DNA of 10,513 nucleotides, taken from an uncultured Actinomycetes bacterium (GTDB taxonomy: Bacteria > Actinomycetota > Thermoleophilia > UBA2241). This document shows, piece by piece, positions 7,386-10,513 of this stretch. Both the position numbers and the translations under genes were made by a program. The stretch covers positions 1 to 10,513 of the forward strand of contig CAVWIH010000038.1 of NCBI GenBank assembly GCA_963755025.1, given 5' to 3'. The notes under the pieces were generated by a model. The model made no database searches. It had not been told where the DNA came from and saw only the letters and a list, made by a program, of their open reading frames with translations. Positions within the stretch are counted from its first letter, which is position 1. Each line of letters opens with the position of its first letter.

Positions 7386-7446
7386 GGGGGGTGGGGGGGG
7401 GCGCGGGGGTCGGGAGGCGCGGAGGGGGGGTGGCGAAGAAGGGGGG
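7386..7446. repeat. Poly-G low-complexity tract
   Basis: G runs of 6, 9, 5, 3, 7 and 6 nt within 61 bp. Confidence 0.7.
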
Positions 7447-7470
7447 CGACGTACGGCCGCCCCGCATGAG

Positions 7471-8272
<802 letters not shown>

Positions 8273-8280
<8 letters not shown>

Positions 8281-9210
8281 GGGCCTTCGCCGCCCTTCGC
8301 TCGGCGCGCTTCTCGGCGGCCTCGGTCTCTTGCGCGCCGAAGCCCTTGCCGAAGTACGCCTCGAGGTAATGCTGGCCGATCGTCATGAGCGTCGTGAAGA
8401 AGAGGTACCACAGGGAGGCGACGATCAGCAGCGGAATATGCTGGAAGGTCTGCGAGTAGACGATCTCGACGTTCGTCATGAGCTCGTGACCGGCGATGAC
8501 GCCGAGCAGCGACGTCGTCTTGAGCATCGAGATCGTCTCGTTGCCCATGGCGGGGATGATCACTCGCATGGCCTGCGGCAGCACGATGCGCCGCATGGTG
8601 AGCGCCGGGCACATGCCCAGCGACTCCGCCGCCTCGGTCTGGCCGGCGTCGACCGAGATGATGCCGGCGCGCACGAACTCGGCCGTGTAGGCCGCCTCGT
8701 TCAGACCCAGGGCCAGGATGCCGGCCACCGCCCCGCCGATCACGTTCGCCGAGAACGAACCGAAGACGAGGTGCGTGAAGGGCAGGCCGACGAACACCTT
8801 CGGGTACTCGGCCCCGATGTAGCCCCAGAAGAGGATCTGCACCAGGACCGGCGTGCCGCGGAAGAACCAGATGTAGAAACCCGAGACGCCCTTGAGGATG
8901 TAGTTCGCCGACAGGCGCATGACGGCGAGGAGCGTGCCGCCGACTATGCCTATGGCCATCGAGACGAAGGTGACGTAGAGCGTCACCACGCAGCCGTGCA
9001 GCACGAGTGACGAGAACAGGTACTGCTTGATGACCGACAGCTCGGTGTTGGGGTTCTTGAGAGCGAGACGACCAGCGCGATCGCCACGTAGACGATGACG
9101 ACCGCGCTGATCCAGCGACCCCAGTGCCGAATGGGGATCGCCTTGATCGCCTCGGGGCGGGCGGCGTCGCCGCCGCCCGCCCCCGCAGGTGATGGACCTA
9201 CGTCTGCCAT
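8273..9210 (-). CDS. Polar amino-acid ABC transporter permease (HisM/GlnP family) with an apparent 1-nt deletion near 9058-9062
   Basis: N-terminal [15 protein letters not shown] in one frame. [41 protein letters not shown] and LKTTSL in another. One added base joins them as ...VSLxKNPN... Confidence 0.9.
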
Positions 9211-9229
9211 GTCAGGCACCGGGCCCCGC

Positions 9230-10239
9230 TCAGGGGCTGGGGCTGGCGCTGACCGGCGCGGCGCCCTGGTTGATCTGCGCCGACGTCACCGGCACCAGGC
9301 CGTACTTGGTGACGAGCTTGCCGTAGGCTCCCGAGTTGATCAGGTCCTGCAGCGCCTTCTGCCACACGGCGATGAGCTGCGTGTTGCTCTTGAGGATGCC
9401 GGCGCCGACGAGCTGCGGAGAGTAGCCGTCGGGGTTCGCCGGGTCGGTGGCCAGCTGGAAGGTGTTGCCGTTGTTGGTCGTGCGGGCGATGTAGCCGGCC
9501 GTGGAATGGTCGGTGAGGTCGCCCACGGCCCGGCCGCTCTTGATGGCGAGCAGCGCCGAGGGCTGGTCGGGCAGCGTTAGGATGTTCATCTGGGGCTTGC
9601 CCGAGCTGGCGAACTGCTTGTTCAGGGTCTGCAGCAGCACCTGCTGGGTAGTGCCGGTCTCGACGGCGACGGTCTTGCCGGCGAGGCTGTCGAGGCTCGT
9701 GATGCCCTTGGGGTTACCCTTGAGCACGATGATCGACGTCGTGTCCTTGGCGTAGTCGACGAAGCTGAGCACCTTCTCGCGCACGGCGTTGTCGTACATG
9801 TCGGACATGGCGACCTGGTTCTTGTTCGCCTTGATCGACAGGATGATGCTGCTGAACGGCTGCTCGTTGAACGAGACCGGAATGCCGATCACGGCGCCTA
9901 TGGCCTGCGAGAGGTCGTAGTCGAAGCCCGTGGGCTGCTTGCTCGTGGGGCTCACGTAGGCTTCCCACGGCGGGTACGGGATGTCGGCGGCGACGCGCAC
10001 CGACGTAGTGCCGGAGGGCAGCATCGCCTTGAGCGACGGGTCGACGGTGACCGGCACGCCGGCGACCGTCGTGCTCGCGGCACTCGGGTGCTCGACGAGC
10101 TGCTGTTGCTGCTGCTGTTGTTGCTGCTGCCGCACGCGGCCAGCAGGCCCACCATGGCGATCACGAACACGGTCGCGATCGACCACAGGGTGAGGCGTCG
10201 GCGTGAGTCGCGCGGCGCCCGTTGAAGTGGAACGGTCAT
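9230..10239 (-). CDS. Amino-acid ABC transporter substrate-binding lipoprotein (SBP family 3) with an apparent 1-nt deletion at 10086-10088
   Basis: Signal peptide with lipobox LLAA-C and a Ser/Asn linker. One extra C in the C-run joins it to the frame with YPPWE, GFDYDL, FSSII, REKVLSFVDY and VAVETGTTQ. G-rich RBS before the ATG at 10239. Confidence 0.88.
10098..10130 (-). repeat. AGC/AAC trinucleotide tract encoding the lipoprotein Ser/Asn linker
   Basis: Translates as GSSNNSSSNSS directly after the lipobox Cys. Confidence 0.7.
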
Positions 10240-10365
10240 CGCCCACCCCCCTTCGGCGGCGCCGAGCGGCGCCTCCATCGGATAAGCCCATGCATCCGAG
10301 CAGGCTCTCGCTAAACGTTTCTCGCCAGCCGGTCGCGCGCACGGGCACGCGACCCCCTCTTCCCC

Positions 10366-10469
10366 GGGCTCCGGGCGGCGGCTGAAGACGGCGGCCGCCC
10401 GAGCTCCGGGGCGGCGGGCGAAGACGGCGGACCGCCGGGCTCCGGGCGGGGGCTAGGGGGCGGACCGCC
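10366..10469. repeat. Three degenerate tandem copies of a 33-36-nt unit
   Basis: Units 10366-10400, 10401-10436 and 10437-10469; consensus GRGCTCCGGGCGGCGG..GAAGACGGCGG(A)CCGCC. Confidence 0.7.
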
Positions 10470-10497
10470 GGCCGGCGAAAGCCGGCCGGCGGTCCGC
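10460..10497. terminator. Perfect 17-bp hairpin, probable terminator of an upstream minus-strand gene
   Basis: GCGGACCGCCGGCCGGC-GAAA-GCCGGCCGGCGGTCCGC, extendable by 10450-10457/10504-10511. A possible minus-strand TAG lies at 10505-10507. Confidence 0.65.
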
Positions 10498-10513
10498 GAA
10501 GCGCCTAGCCCAG

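Noticed and set aside
10249-10278. GGAG-hairpin-CGCCGAAGG resembling part of a glycine riboswitch
   Set aside because: The P3 region and CTCTCAGG ligand-binding segment are missing; the sequence runs straight into the RBS.
9230-10348. Poly-Gln (and antisense poly-Cys) tract in the 372-aa ORF
   Set aside because: Out-of-frame reading of the Ser/Asn lipoprotein linker upstream of the frameshift.
10366-10469. Possible CRISPR array
   Set aside because: Units are contiguous and degenerate with no unique spacers; no cas genes in the window.

Overview
GC-rich bacterial chromosomal window. The short RNase R N-terminus and the gene order suggest an actinomycete of the Thermoleophilia type (inference only). 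The minus strand carries a housekeeping run: ftsE-ftsX-S41 (Ctp/Tsp-like) protease-rnr-smpB-pterin-4a-carbinolamine dehydratase. A ~500-bp apparently non-coding gap then separates it from tRNA-Arg(CCG). Further right are a small cupin (+) convergent with a DUF1059-like protein (-), and a three-gene polar amino-acid ABC importer (-). Four genes (rnr, cupin, permease, binding protein) carry apparent single-base frameshifts, most likely long-read assembly errors. No tmRNA, transposase, integrase or CRISPR array is visible. The most interesting unexplained element is a ~240-nt, densely and alternatively base-paired segment (342-583) downstream of smpB, where ssrA is often found. It is a candidate unannotated structured RNA. 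A second observation is that three small proteins here end in Ala-Ala, next to trans-translation and tail-specific proteolysis genes.
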